Shown here: in pieces, positions 1 through 8,352 of the stretch
How the letters are laid out: each line of letters opens with the position of its first letter
Position numbering within the stretch: the stretch's first letter is position 1
From: Rhodospirillales bacterium
GTDB lineage: Bacteria; Pseudomonadota; Alphaproteobacteria; Acetobacterales; Acetobacteraceae
DNA: 64,000 bases
Reading direction: 5' to 3'
Assembly: GCA_028869315.1 (NCBI GenBank)
Contig: JAGWSV010000029.1
Span: 6,304 to 70,303, forward strand
The notes under the pieces: generated by a model
Databases searched by the model: none
The model's input: only the letters and a program-made list of their open reading frames with translations
What the model was told of the DNA's origin: nothing
Made by a program: the position numbers and the translations under genes

Positions 1-77
1 GGAACATCCGGGACGATCGTTTCTTCCTCTCCGGAGCGGCGCCTGCCGTCGGCGGCAGCGGCGCACCCGGGCCGACG

Positions 78-911
78 ATGTCCCCGCCTGCCGTCGCGGA
101 GGCGGCGGCAGGCGCCCTGGCGCGGATGATGGCGCTGCGCGACCCTGAGACGGGGCGGCATATGGCGCGCGTAGCCGCACTTGCCGGCGGCATTGCGCGC
201 AGCCTCGGCCTCGACGACGCCGAGGTGAACGGCATCCGTCTGGCCGCGTCGCTGCACGATGTCGGCAAGGTCGGGGTGCCGCTCGCACTCTGCAACAAGT
301 CCGGCCCGCTCACCCTGCCGGAACTGCAGATGCTGCAGACGCACCCGGTGGCGGGCGAGCAGATCGTCGCCGGCATCCCGTTTGCGATGCCGGTCGCGCA
401 GGTGATCCGCCAGCACCACGAACGGCTGGACGGTTCGGGCTACCCGGACGGCCTCTCCGGCGACGCCATCCTGCCCGGCGCACGGATCGTCGCGGTGGCC
501 GACGTGCTGGAAGCCATGGTGACGGATCGCACCTATCGCCATGCGCCGGGCATCGAGGCGGCCATCGCGGAACTCCAGCGTGGCCGCGGAACCCTTTACG
601 AGCCGTCAGTGGTCGACGCCTGCATCACGCTCTGCCGCGACCCGGCGGTGCTGTCGATGCTGATCACGACGACGCGGATCCCGCCGCCCGACGCCATGGA
701 AAGGCCCGCGCCGCCGCGCCTGACCCTGCAGCAGATGGCCGTGATGCAATTGCTGGCGGACGGCCAGTCGACCAAGGAAATCGCCCGCTCCCTCGGCCTC
801 GGCCTCGGGACGGTGAAGACGCACCTGTCGCGGGCCTATGCGGCGCTGGGCGCCAACAACCGGGTCACGGCCCTGCGCGCGGCAGGACTGCTGGAGCCGC
901 GCGAGAACTGA
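78..911 (+). CDS. HD-GYP domain protein fused to a C-terminal LuxR/FixJ-type HTH
   Basis: The N-terminal half carries HD-GYP motifs (LHDVGK, HHERLDGSGYPDGL). The C-terminal part, LTLQQMAVMQLLADGQSTKEIARSLGLGLGTVKTHLSRAYAALGANNRV, is a typical LuxR HTH. The frame stays open to nt 3, so the gene may start left of the window. Confidence 0.8.
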   Translation: MSPPAVAEAAAGALARMMALRDPETGRHMARVAALAGGIARSLGLDDAEVNGIRLAASLHDVGKVGVPLALCNKSGPLTLPELQMLQTHPVAGEQIVAGIPFAMPVAQVIRQHHERLDGSGYPDGLSGDAILPGARIVAVADVLEAMVTDRTYRHAPGIEAAIAELQRGRGTLYEPSVVDACITLCRDPAVLSMLITTTRIPPPDAMERPAPPRLTLQQMAVMQLLADGQSTKEIARSLGLGLGTVKTHLSRAYAALGANNRVTALRAAGLLEPREN

Positions 912-995
912 GCATCGCCGGCGCGGCCGGCCGGCGATGGCACGGCATCGTCGGCCAATAATACGGGCGGCCGCCGCGGCCAGGAGGCGCTCCGC

Positions 996-1403
996 TCAGG
1001 TCGGGAAGCAGGCGGCGGCCACCTGGGTCGCCCCGGAAAGCGGGGTGATGAACGCGCCCTGCCAGATCGAACTGGTGATGGTGACCCGCTCGAACGTGCC
1101 GGTGGCATTGTCGCAACTGGTGGTCGCGGTCACCGTCACATCGCTCGCGGCGATCGCGCCCGCCCCGATCCATTTCGACGCAAGGTCCACGGCGTACGCG
1201 GCCGGATCGCTGCAGGAGCCGATGGCGGCGCAACGCGCCGTCTGCGCCGCCACCGTCTCCAGCGAACCGCCGGTCCAGATCATCAGTCCGAGTTCCACCG
1301 GGGCGATCAGCAGCAGCACGAGCAGGCCGCCGACCAGCGCGAACTCGAGCGCGGTACTGCCCCGCCGATCGGACCGGAACCAGGTGGCGAATGAACCCGT
1401 CAT
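996..1403 (-). CDS. TadE-like Flp-pilus minor pilin or assembly protein
   Basis: I placed the start at the internal ATG at 1403 (MTGSFATWFRSDRRGSTALEFALVGGLLVLLLIAPVE). The TALEFAL motif followed by a hydrophobic helix is the TadE N-terminal signature. There is a 4-nt overlap with the upstream gene. Confidence 0.75.
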   Translation of the reverse strand: MTGSFATWFRSDRRGSTALEFALVGGLLVLLLIAPVELGLMIWTGGSLETVAAQTARCAAIGSCSDPAAYAVDLASKWIGAGAIAASDVTVTATTSCDNATGTFERVTITSSIWQGAFITPLSGATQVAAACFPT

Positions 1404-1900
1404 TGCAGTCGCACCGTTACGGTCTCCTTGAGCCGGGAGGTGCCGAGCCCGGTGAAGGCCGGCAGCATCGGGGCCATCGCGTAGGTGGCGCTGATGGTCA
1501 TGTAGGTGCCGGGATAGGTGCCGTCCGCGCATTTGGTGGTGGACGGCGTGGCGGTCAGCGCCACCGGGTCGCCGGCGGCGCAATACGTGCCCGGCGCGGC
1601 GGCGGTGGCGGTCACCCCGGACAGGGAGGTGGCGCTCTGCACCATGGTCTGGACCGCGCTCGGCTGCACCGACGGGCCTTTCAGGAACGCGTAGTAGGCG
1701 CCTTGCGAGACCGCGCCGGCGAGGGCGCCACGAGCCCAGACGGTGAAGCCGAGATCGGCCCCGCCGCCGAACAGCAGCAGCAGCACCGGCAGGATCAGCG
1801 CGAACTCGACCGCCGCGACCGCGCGCCGTTCGGCGCGCAGGGCGCGCCGGCTGCCGCCAGGGCGGGGGGAGCGCAGGCCTGCCGCCGCCCGCCGCATCAT
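1400..1900 (-). CDS. TadE-like Flp-pilus minor pilin or assembly protein
   Basis: Only the C-terminal 166 aa of the 550-aa ORF is credible (MMRRAAAG...RAVAAVEFALILPVLLLLFGGG). It has a TadE-type N-terminus, and its start overlaps the tadG-like stop. Confidence 0.75.
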   Translation of the reverse strand: MMRRAAAGLRSPRPGGSRRALRAERRAVAAVEFALILPVLLLLFGGGADLGFTVWARGALAGAVSQGAYYAFLKGPSVQPSAVQTMVQSATSLSGVTATAAAPGTYCAAGDPVALTATPSTTKCADGTYPGTYMTISATYAMAPMLPAFTGLGTSRLKETVTVRLQ

Positions 1901-3357
1901 TGCACCAACATGACGACAGAGGAGGTCTTGAGAATGCTGCCGAAGCTCGTCGCGCCCATGTTCGGGCAGTTGCCGGCGTAGCCGGAGTAGCCGGACAGGC
2001 TGATCGAGGCGGCGATCAGCTCGAAGCAGCTTTCGCTCGGTGTGCCGGTGGCGCTGGTCGACCCCTGGCCGCTGAAGCTCGCGTTCGGAAAATACATCAC
2101 TCCGCCGATCTGAACGTGCGGGTCGCCCGAGACCGTCACGCTGCCGCTGGTGTTGCCCGCCAGCGCCAGCCCGGCGATGCCGCCGGTGAGGGCGGCCTGC
2201 GCCGGCGTCGGGGCATTGACGTTGAAGTTGAACGTGTTGGCGCCGTTGAAGGTGCCGGTCGTGACGATGGTGACGCCGTTGCCGTTCGTCGTGGTATAGT
2301 TCGTGAGGTTTATGTTGCCTTTGAAATAGTACATGCCAGGCTGCAGATTGAAGGTGTACGGTCCCCCGCTGGTGACGTTGAAACTGCCGTAGGTGCCCGG
2401 TTCCAGCGTGCAGGTGCCGCTGCCGGTGGTCGCGCTGCAGGAGCTGCCGTTGGCAGGCAGGGTGCAGGGCGAGGGGTTCTGCCAGGTGCTGTTGGGATTG
2501 GGACAGCTGATCGACGTGACATTCGTCGCCTGCGCCGCTTGGGTGAAGGCCTGCTGCACGGCGGCGTTGGTGGCATAGGGATCGGGCAGGGTTCCGGCGT
2601 TCGGCACCGGAGTGATCGGATTGCCGTTGTTGTCGGTGACATCGGTCGGCGAAAACCAGCTCGGCAAGGACACGCTTCCGGCGGCGTAGATGCCTTCCGT
2701 GTTCCAGTATCCGCTGCCGGTCTCGGTGATATTCGCGTTCGATCGGACGCTGCATCCGATGGCGGAAACCGTGGCAGATCCGGAATAGACGATGCCGCTG
2801 CCGCCCTGCGCGGCGGTCTTGAGCGCGGCCAGGCAGGGCTGCGGACCACCCCAGGCCCGGGTCGACGCCACCTCGCCGGTTGCCGTCGCAGCCAGGTTCT
2901 GGGACGTCGCGGACTTGAACATCTGCGCGAGCATGAGCGGAACATTCTGCTGGATGCTGACGCGTACCGCGGCGTCGCTCGGATTGCGCACGCCGCTGGT
3001 GACCTGCACGACCACATGGTCGTCGGACAGAGTTTCGGTGGCCGCGTCCCACGTGCGGACGCTCGCGCCGACGGCGCCGTTCAGCTCGGCGACGTTCGCA
3101 GCGGCGTTCGCCGCCTGCTGCGCCGTCGCGCCCGCAGCCTGGGCCTCGCCGCCGGCCAGCGCCGCCATGTCGGCGATCCGTTGCGTTTCGAGCTGCACCA
3201 CCGACCAGTGCGCCACCTCGACACCCAGCGCGAGCGACATCAACAGGACCGGCGCAGCGAGCGCCGCGATGAGCACGACGCTGCCCCGGCGGTCGCGGCC
3301 AAAGCCACGGCCGAACCTCCCATGGCTCCGCCGATCGCCTGTTCCGATCATTGGCAT
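1897..3357 (-). CDS. TadG-like pilus assembly protein with a large Thr/Asn/Gly-rich extracellular part
   Basis: I placed the start at the ATG at 3357 (MPMIGTGDRRSHGRFGRGFGRDRRGSVVLIAALAAPVLLMSLALGVEVAHW). This N-terminus is TadE/G-like. It is followed by a long low-complexity Cys-containing region. It is the first gene of the tadG-tadE-tadE string. Confidence 0.7.
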   Translation of the reverse strand: MPMIGTGDRRSHGRFGRGFGRDRRGSVVLIAALAAPVLLMSLALGVEVAHWSVVQLETQRIADMAALAGGEAQAAGATAQQAANAAANVAELNGAVGASVRTWDAATETLSDDHVVVQVTSGVRNPSDAAVRVSIQQNVPLMLAQMFKSATSQNLAATATGEVASTRAWGGPQPCLAALKTAAQGGSGIVYSGSATVSAIGCSVRSNANITETGSGYWNTEGIYAAGSVSLPSWFSPTDVTDNNGNPITPVPNAGTLPDPYATNAAVQQAFTQAAQATNVTSISCPNPNSTWQNPSPCTLPANGSSCSATTGSGTCTLEPGTYGSFNVTSGGPYTFNLQPGMYYFKGNINLTNYTTTNGNGVTIVTTGTFNGANTFNFNVNAPTPAQAALTGGIAGLALAGNTSGSVTVSGDPHVQIGGVMYFPNASFSGQGSTSATGTPSESCFELIAASISLSGYSGYAGNCPNMGATSFGSILKTSSVVMLVQ

Positions 3358-3580
3358 CCCGGGAACCTGAACAAATCTCGAACTGACAGAACGCTCCTGC
3401 ACGCTCACGATTACGTGCGCAGACGGGATCGGGGCAATTAGGCCGAATGGCCTAGGCCATCTGGCCGGCCTGAAAAGGATTGCGCGGACCTCAACTTTCT
3501 GTGTTCGTAAACGCCGCGTTAACGAGTTGTTCAGCACGGCGCGAAACCTCCCGCCGGTGCACACGATGAGGGAACCCGCC

Positions 3581-4306
3581 ATGCTCCTCCTGCAAGTCGG
3601 CACCAAACCGCTGCGCCGCGCAGAAGACCTGCTCGAGCTGCGCCGTCGTGGGCTCAACCGCGAACATGCCGGCACCGGTGCCGAAGCGCTCGAGTTCCTG
3701 CGGCTTTATCGTTTTGATGCCGTTCTGCTCGACCTCGACCTGCGCGACATGCCCGCCCTCGATCTCATTCGTCGGGTACGCGGGTCCGGCTCGCAGACGC
3801 CGATCCTCGCCGTGACCGGACAGACCGATCCGCTGATCCGGGTGAAGGCGCTCGATCTCGGCGCCGACGACGTGCTCAGCGCATTCTGCCCGATCGACGA
3901 ACTGCTGGCCCGGCTGCGCGCGGTGATCCGCCGCAGCGGCGGGCACACGAAGTCGGTGCTGAACGCGGGCCCGCTGGAACTCTGCCTCGACAGTCACGAG
4001 GTGAAGGTCTCGGGCAAGCCGTTGCACCTGACGCCGAAGGAATACGCGCTGCTCGAACTGCTGATGCTGAAGCGGGGCGTTTCGCTCACCAAGGGCGCCT
4101 GCCTCAACCACCTCTACGGCGCCGAGGAGGAACCGGAGCTGAAGACGGTGGACGTGATCGTCTGCCGCCTGCGCAAGAAGCTCGCCGCCGTCGGGCTGCC
4201 GAGCCTGGTGCAGAATGTCTGGGGCTGCGGCTACCGCCTGGCCGAGGTCGCGCCGACCACGACCCCGGCCGCGCGCCAGCTCGCCACCGACCTCGCGCTC
4301 GCCTGA
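3581..4306 (+). CDS. CtrA-like OmpR-family response regulator with a degenerate receiver domain
   Basis: The C-terminal winged helix closely resembles CtrA (LTPKEYALLELLMLKRGVSLTKGACLNHLYGAEEEPELKTVDVIVCRLRKKLAA...VWGCGYRL). In the receiver domain the phospho-Asp context LLDLDL is kept, but the N-terminal acidic pair is QVGT and the conserved Lys context reads DDVLSAFCP. The ATG at 3581 is preceded by GAGGGA. Confidence 0.8.
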   Translation: MLLLQVGTKPLRRAEDLLELRRRGLNREHAGTGAEALEFLRLYRFDAVLLDLDLRDMPALDLIRRVRGSGSQTPILAVTGQTDPLIRVKALDLGADDVLSAFCPIDELLARLRAVIRRSGGHTKSVLNAGPLELCLDSHEVKVSGKPLHLTPKEYALLELLMLKRGVSLTKGACLNHLYGAEEEPELKTVDVIVCRLRKKLAAVGLPSLVQNVWGCGYRLAEVAPTTTPAARQLATDLALA

Positions 4307-4363
4307 TCCGCCGCGCCGGCGCCGCGCCGTGCCGCGCGGCGTGGCGTTCCCGGACGCATCGTC

Positions 4364-5164
4364 ATGCGGCGCAATCCGCTACGATATCACAATATCCTGA
4401 AACTGGCGGCGGGCGGCCTGGCCGGGTGGATGCTGCTCGCCGCCCTGCCGGCCGCCGCGGCGCCGCCGCCGCGGCTCGCCTGCGAGCAGGCGAGCGAGGC
4501 GGCCGAGACGGCGGCGCACCTGCCGCCCGGCCTGCTGCTGGCGATCGGCCGGGTGGAGAGCGGGCGTTATTCCGCCACGCTCGGGCGGGTCGCTCCGTGG
4601 CCCTGGGCGGTCGACTTCGCTGGCACCGGGGTGCTGTTCGCCACCAAGGCGGAGGCGATCCAGGCGATCCGCGGAGCGCTGGCGGCCGGGCAGCAAAATA
4701 TCGACGTGGGCTGCTTCCAGGTGAATCTGGGCGCCCATCCGACGGCCTTCCCCGACCTCGGGACGGCGCTCGACCCCGCCGCCAACGCACGCTTTGCGGC
4801 CGGTTTCCTGAGCAGCCTGCACGCCCGGCTCGGCGGCTGGCCGGCGGCGACGGCGGCCTACCATTCCGAAACCGCCGCCCTCGGCCAACCCTATCTGCTG
4901 GCGGTGATGCGCGACTGGGCCGCGCATGGCGGCGCGGTCCAGGCGGCGGACCCGTCGGCCGACCCGCCGCCCGCCGACGTGCCGGACCGCACCTGGGTGG
5001 TGATGAGCCCGGTCGCCGGACTCCACGTGATCGCCCCCGGCAGCACGATCCTGGCCGATGCCGGCTCGGTCCAGGTGATCACCCCGGCCGCCTTCTCCGC
5101 CCGCGTGGCGGCAGCGCCGGAGCCCGCGATCCACTACAACGAGCCGGTCCCGACACCGCGCTGA
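4364..5164 (+). CDS. Secreted lytic transglycosylase (SLT domain)
   Basis: It has a signal-like N-terminus. SLT-family motifs are present: LLLAIGRVESG (catalytic Glu), PWPWAV, IDVGCFQVN and AAYHS. Confidence 0.75.
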   Translation: MRRNPLRYHNILKLAAGGLAGWMLLAALPAAAAPPPRLACEQASEAAETAAHLPPGLLLAIGRVESGRYSATLGRVAPWPWAVDFAGTGVLFATKAEAIQAIRGALAAGQQNIDVGCFQVNLGAHPTAFPDLGTALDPAANARFAAGFLSSLHARLGGWPAATAAYHSETAALGQPYLLAVMRDWAAHGGAVQAADPSADPPPADVPDRTWVVMSPVAGLHVIAPGSTILADAGSVQVITPAAFSARVAAAPEPAIHYNEPVPTPR

Positions 5165-5267
5165 AGCAAGCACGGCAACCGAAGACGCCACCACGCCGGC
5201 GAGGATGCCGGTCAAACCCGGACCTCAGGCCCGCTTCGGCGCCACCGGGCAAGCGGACCAGCCCGGG

Positions 5268-8200
5268 TCAGGATGTCGGCGCCCCGGTGATGCGCCCTTC
5301 GCCGACCAGCGCGAACGCTCCCCAGAAGAACGGATCGGCCAAGGCCGCAGGGAAGCTCTTGCCGGCGCCGTTGATCATGGTGAGCTTGGCCGCGCGCAGG
5401 TCCGCGGCAAGGCCGCCGCGCTGGCCGGCGGCGTATCGGCGCATGGTCTCGGCCACCAGGAACGCCGAGGCCTGGTCGCTGATCGCCCAATGCGTGACCA
5501 TCATCGACCGCGCGCCGGCGAAGAAGAACGCGCGCGCCAGGGCCGACAGGCTCTCGCCGCCCGAATGCAGGCCTATCCCGCCCGAATTGCAGGCCGACAG
5601 GATGACCGTGTTGGCATCGAGGTCGAGCCCCAGCACCTCGCCCGATGTCAGCAGCGCGCCGGCGGCGCTGGACGCGCCCGCCGGGGCGGAGGTGACGATC
5701 GCCGGCTGGCTCTGGCAGCGCAGTTCCGACGGCAGGATGGCATGGGTGGCGAAATGCAGGACCCGGTACTTCTTGAGGTCCACCTTCGCCACCGCCGTGG
5801 TGGTGAACGCCGGCCCGGTCAGTTCGTCGGCTGGCGAGCCGCCCAGCAGTTCCCGCGCCGCCGTCAGCTCCCGCAGCGAAAACGGCAGTTCGGGCAGGCC
5901 CGCGAACAGGCGCGCGCTGTCGGCGCAGGCACCGCGCGGGTAAGTGCGCTCGGCCTGCGCCAGGCTCACCGGCCGCGGATCACCGAAGCCGAACCAGGGA
6001 TCCGGCGCATGCGAGCCTTTTGCCAGCTTGCGCAGGGAGACGAAATTCGCCGCCGCCGGCACGTAAGAGATCGGCATCTGCCGGATCAGCCAGGGCGCGG
6101 CGGCGAGGTCGCCCGGCTTGGCGGGCCCGGTGAGCAGGATGCCGAACGGGATGGAGAGCAGCGCCCCCGACGGCGCCACCACCAGGCTCGACGCGCCTTT
6201 CAGCCCGGCCGACACGGGGGCGAGGACCGTCTGATAGATCGCCGCCGCCGCCTTGGTGTCGAACGCCGGCAGGTGGCCCTGGTCGTCCGGCTCGATGGTG
6301 GCGCGCACGTCGCGCACCAGCCTGGCGATCTGCGCCCGGCCATCCGCAAGGCGGGCGACGGCGATGCGGCCGTCGCGCAGCAGGAACGTCCAGCCGCCAT
6401 GGTCGGCCAGGCTGATCCCCACATAGGCTTCGTGCGGTTCGAGCGCCTTCAGCACCGCGGCGGCCGGCACCACCTGCTGCACCAGCTGGCGGTAGTTCGG
6501 GGCAGCCGCCTGCACCGCCGCGCTGGCTTCGGCGAGGGTGGCCTCCGCCTTGCCGATCGCCGCGTCAAGCGCGGCGGGAGATTGTGGCAGCGCCTCGGAC
6601 GGCCGGGTGCCGCTCGCCGGCCCGCGCGCGAGGGCGTCGCGCTGGCGATAGAGCGCATCAAGCCGGACGACCGCATCCTGCCGGCGGCGGATCGCCTCCG
6701 CCACAAGCGGGTTGCGGGCGTGGATGGCGAGGCGCGCCGACGCCTCGGCGATCTGCCGGCTGGTGACGCTGCCCTGGCCGAGCTCGGCGGTCTCGAACAT
6801 CTCGGCAAACAAGGCCTGGCGGTCGGCCGGATCATCCGCCGCGGCCCGGTCGAACGCGGCGAGGCATGGCGCCAGCAGATCGGGGTTGGCGCCGATCTCC
6901 AGCTCCCGCAGCAGCTTCGTGCCGGCGCGGCAGAGCCGGATCGCCCGCTGCGTCCGGCCCTGGCGCACTGCGTCGGCGGCCTGCAGCAACTGGGTTTCCG
7001 CCACCGGGCGGGTGCGCGGGAGAACCTGGCCGAAGCCGGCGGTGGCCTGCGCCAGCCCGGCCTCGGCGGGAACCAGCCGTCCCCGCGCCGCGTCGGTGAC
7101 GGCGGCGGTGCGCACCAGCCGCGCGGTCACCAGCGGCACGTCGAGCCCGTTCGCCTGCGCGAGCGCCTGGGCGCGGCCGATCGCGGCCTCGGCCGCCGGC
7201 AGGTTGCCCTGCCGGCGCAGCGCAACCGCCTGGTAGCGCCAGGTCTCGATCAGGCCCAGCAGCGCGGATTGCACCGTGGGGTCGGCCGTCAGCCCGGCCG
7301 CGGGAAGGCCAAGTCCCTGCCCGCTCGCCGCGGCCCCCGACGCCGCCCCCAGCCTCCAGGCGCCGCCGGTCGGCGCGGTCGCCAACGCACCCGCCGGCAG
7401 CAGCGCGGCATAGGTCGCTCCCGCCCGGCGCAGCAGCGCGAGGGCCGCCGCATCATGTCCTTGGTTGAGCGCGTTCAAGGCGCGATCGTGCAGCAGGCGC
7501 GCGGGGACCACGGGGTCGGCCGCGCGCGGCGCCAGCTCGGCGGCGCGGGCGAGCAACGATGTTGCCTCGGGGAAGCGCCCCTGGTCGGAAATCTGCAGCG
7601 CCAGATCCATCAGCGGCGCCACGGTGTTGGGATTGTCGCGCCCGAGCAGCCGCTGCTGCAACGCGAGGGCGGCGCGATCGGCGGTCTCCGCCGCGGCGAA
7701 GTTCTCCGCCAGGTTGGCATGGGCGCCGACCTGCATCAGCCGCTGGTACTGCGCCGCGTCGCCGGCGCTGAAGGCCTGGGCGGCGAGCACGCCCGCCAGC
7801 AGGGTGTCGGCCGCGGATGGCGGGAGCGCCGCCGCGGTGGCCGACGACATCCCGGACATCACGCCGATCGCCCGCTGCATCACCGGCAGGGTGGGTGCGA
7901 TTCCGTCGGCCGCGAAGATCCGCCCGCGCACCGACGCCACCAGCGCGATCTGCGGCCAGCCGCCGATCCGGCGGGTGCAGCGCAGCACCAGCGCCGGCGC
8001 GCCGTTCAGAATCGCGGTCGCGGTCGGCGCGCCGCAGGCGAAGCGCTGGTCGAGCTGGTCGCGCCACGGCCCGGACGTGGCCACCTGCCGCAGCGCGGAA
8101 GTGGTCCCGGCGCCGGTCTCGGCCACGCGCGCCGCCGGCTGGGTCCAGCCGCCGCAATAGATGCTGACCGTGCGCGGCATCCCGCCGGCAAGCTGCAAGC

Positions 8201-8351
8201 AGGACTCGCCCGCCGCATCGCGGCCGAGCGCAACGCCGGCGCCGGCGCCCGGGCCGGCGCCGATATAGGCGGTCGGCGGCGGCGCCGTGCATCCGGCGAC
8301 CAGAAGGCAGGCCAGCCCGGCGACGAACCGGTGCAACGTCATCCCGCGCAT
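5268..8351 (-). CDS. CHAT-domain (caspase-like) lipoprotein with a long TPR-like helical region
   Basis: The lipobox is LACLLVAGC. An Ala/Leu-rich helical repeat region follows. The C-terminal CHAT core carries a His/Cys dyad context (VLHFATHA ... VILSACNSGG). Its start lies 1 nt after the upstream TpsA stop. Confidence 0.8.
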   Translation of the reverse strand: MRGMTLHRFVAGLACLLVAGCTAPPPTAYIGAGPGAGAGVALGRDAAGESCLQLAGGMPRTVSIYCGGWTQPAARVAETGAGTTSALRQVATSGPWRDQLDQRFACGAPTATAILNGAPALVLRCTRRIGGWPQIALVASVRGRIFAADGIAPTLPVMQRAIGVMSGMSSATAAALPPSAADTLLAGVLAAQAFSAGDAAQYQRLMQVGAHANLAENFAAAETADRAALALQQRLLGRDNPNTVAPLMDLALQISDQGRFPEATSLLARAAELAPRAADPVVPARLLHDRALNALNQGHDAAALALLRRAGATYAALLPAGALATAPTGGAWRLGAASGAAASGQGLGLPAAGLTADPTVQSALLGLIETWRYQAVALRRQGNLPAAEAAIGRAQALAQANGLDVPLVTARLVRTAAVTDAARGRLVPAEAGLAQATAGFGQVLPRTRPVAETQLLQAADAVRQGRTQRAIRLCRAGTKLLRELEIGANPDLLAPCLAAFDRAAADDPADRQALFAEMFETAELGQGSVTSRQIAEASARLAIHARNPLVAEAIRRRQDAVVRLDALYRQRDALARGPASGTRPSEALPQSPAALDAAIGKAEATLAEASAAVQAAAPNYRQLVQQVVPAAAVLKALEPHEAYVGISLADHGGWTFLLRDGRIAVARLADGRAQIARLVRDVRATIEPDDQGHLPAFDTKAAAAIYQTVLAPVSAGLKGASSLVVAPSGALLSIPFGILLTGPAKPGDLAAAPWLIRQMPISYVPAAANFVSLRKLAKGSHAPDPWFGFGDPRPVSLAQAERTYPRGACADSARLFAGLPELPFSLRELTAARELLGGSPADELTGPAFTTTAVAKVDLKKYRVLHFATHAILPSELRCQSQPAIVTSAPAGASSAAGALLTSGEVLGLDLDANTVILSACNSGGIGLHSGGESLSALARAFFFAGARSMMVTHWAISDQASAFLVAETMRRYAAGQRGGLAADLRAAKLTMINGAGKSFPAALADPFFWGAFALVGEGRITGAPTS

Positions 8352-8352
8352 C

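Noticed and set aside
1400-3052. The ORF track reports single very long ORFs: 550 aa at 1400-3052, 632 aa at 13067-14965, 624 aa at 21902-23776, 531 aa at 28620-30215 and 628 aa at 43505-45391.
   Set aside because: Only the C-terminal parts show homology (TadE, ArgD, HypE, hydrogenase small subunit, crotonase). The N-terminal extensions overlap neighbouring real genes and are low-complexity. I re-assigned the starts to internal ATG/GTG codons with SD-like sequences or ATGA coupling.
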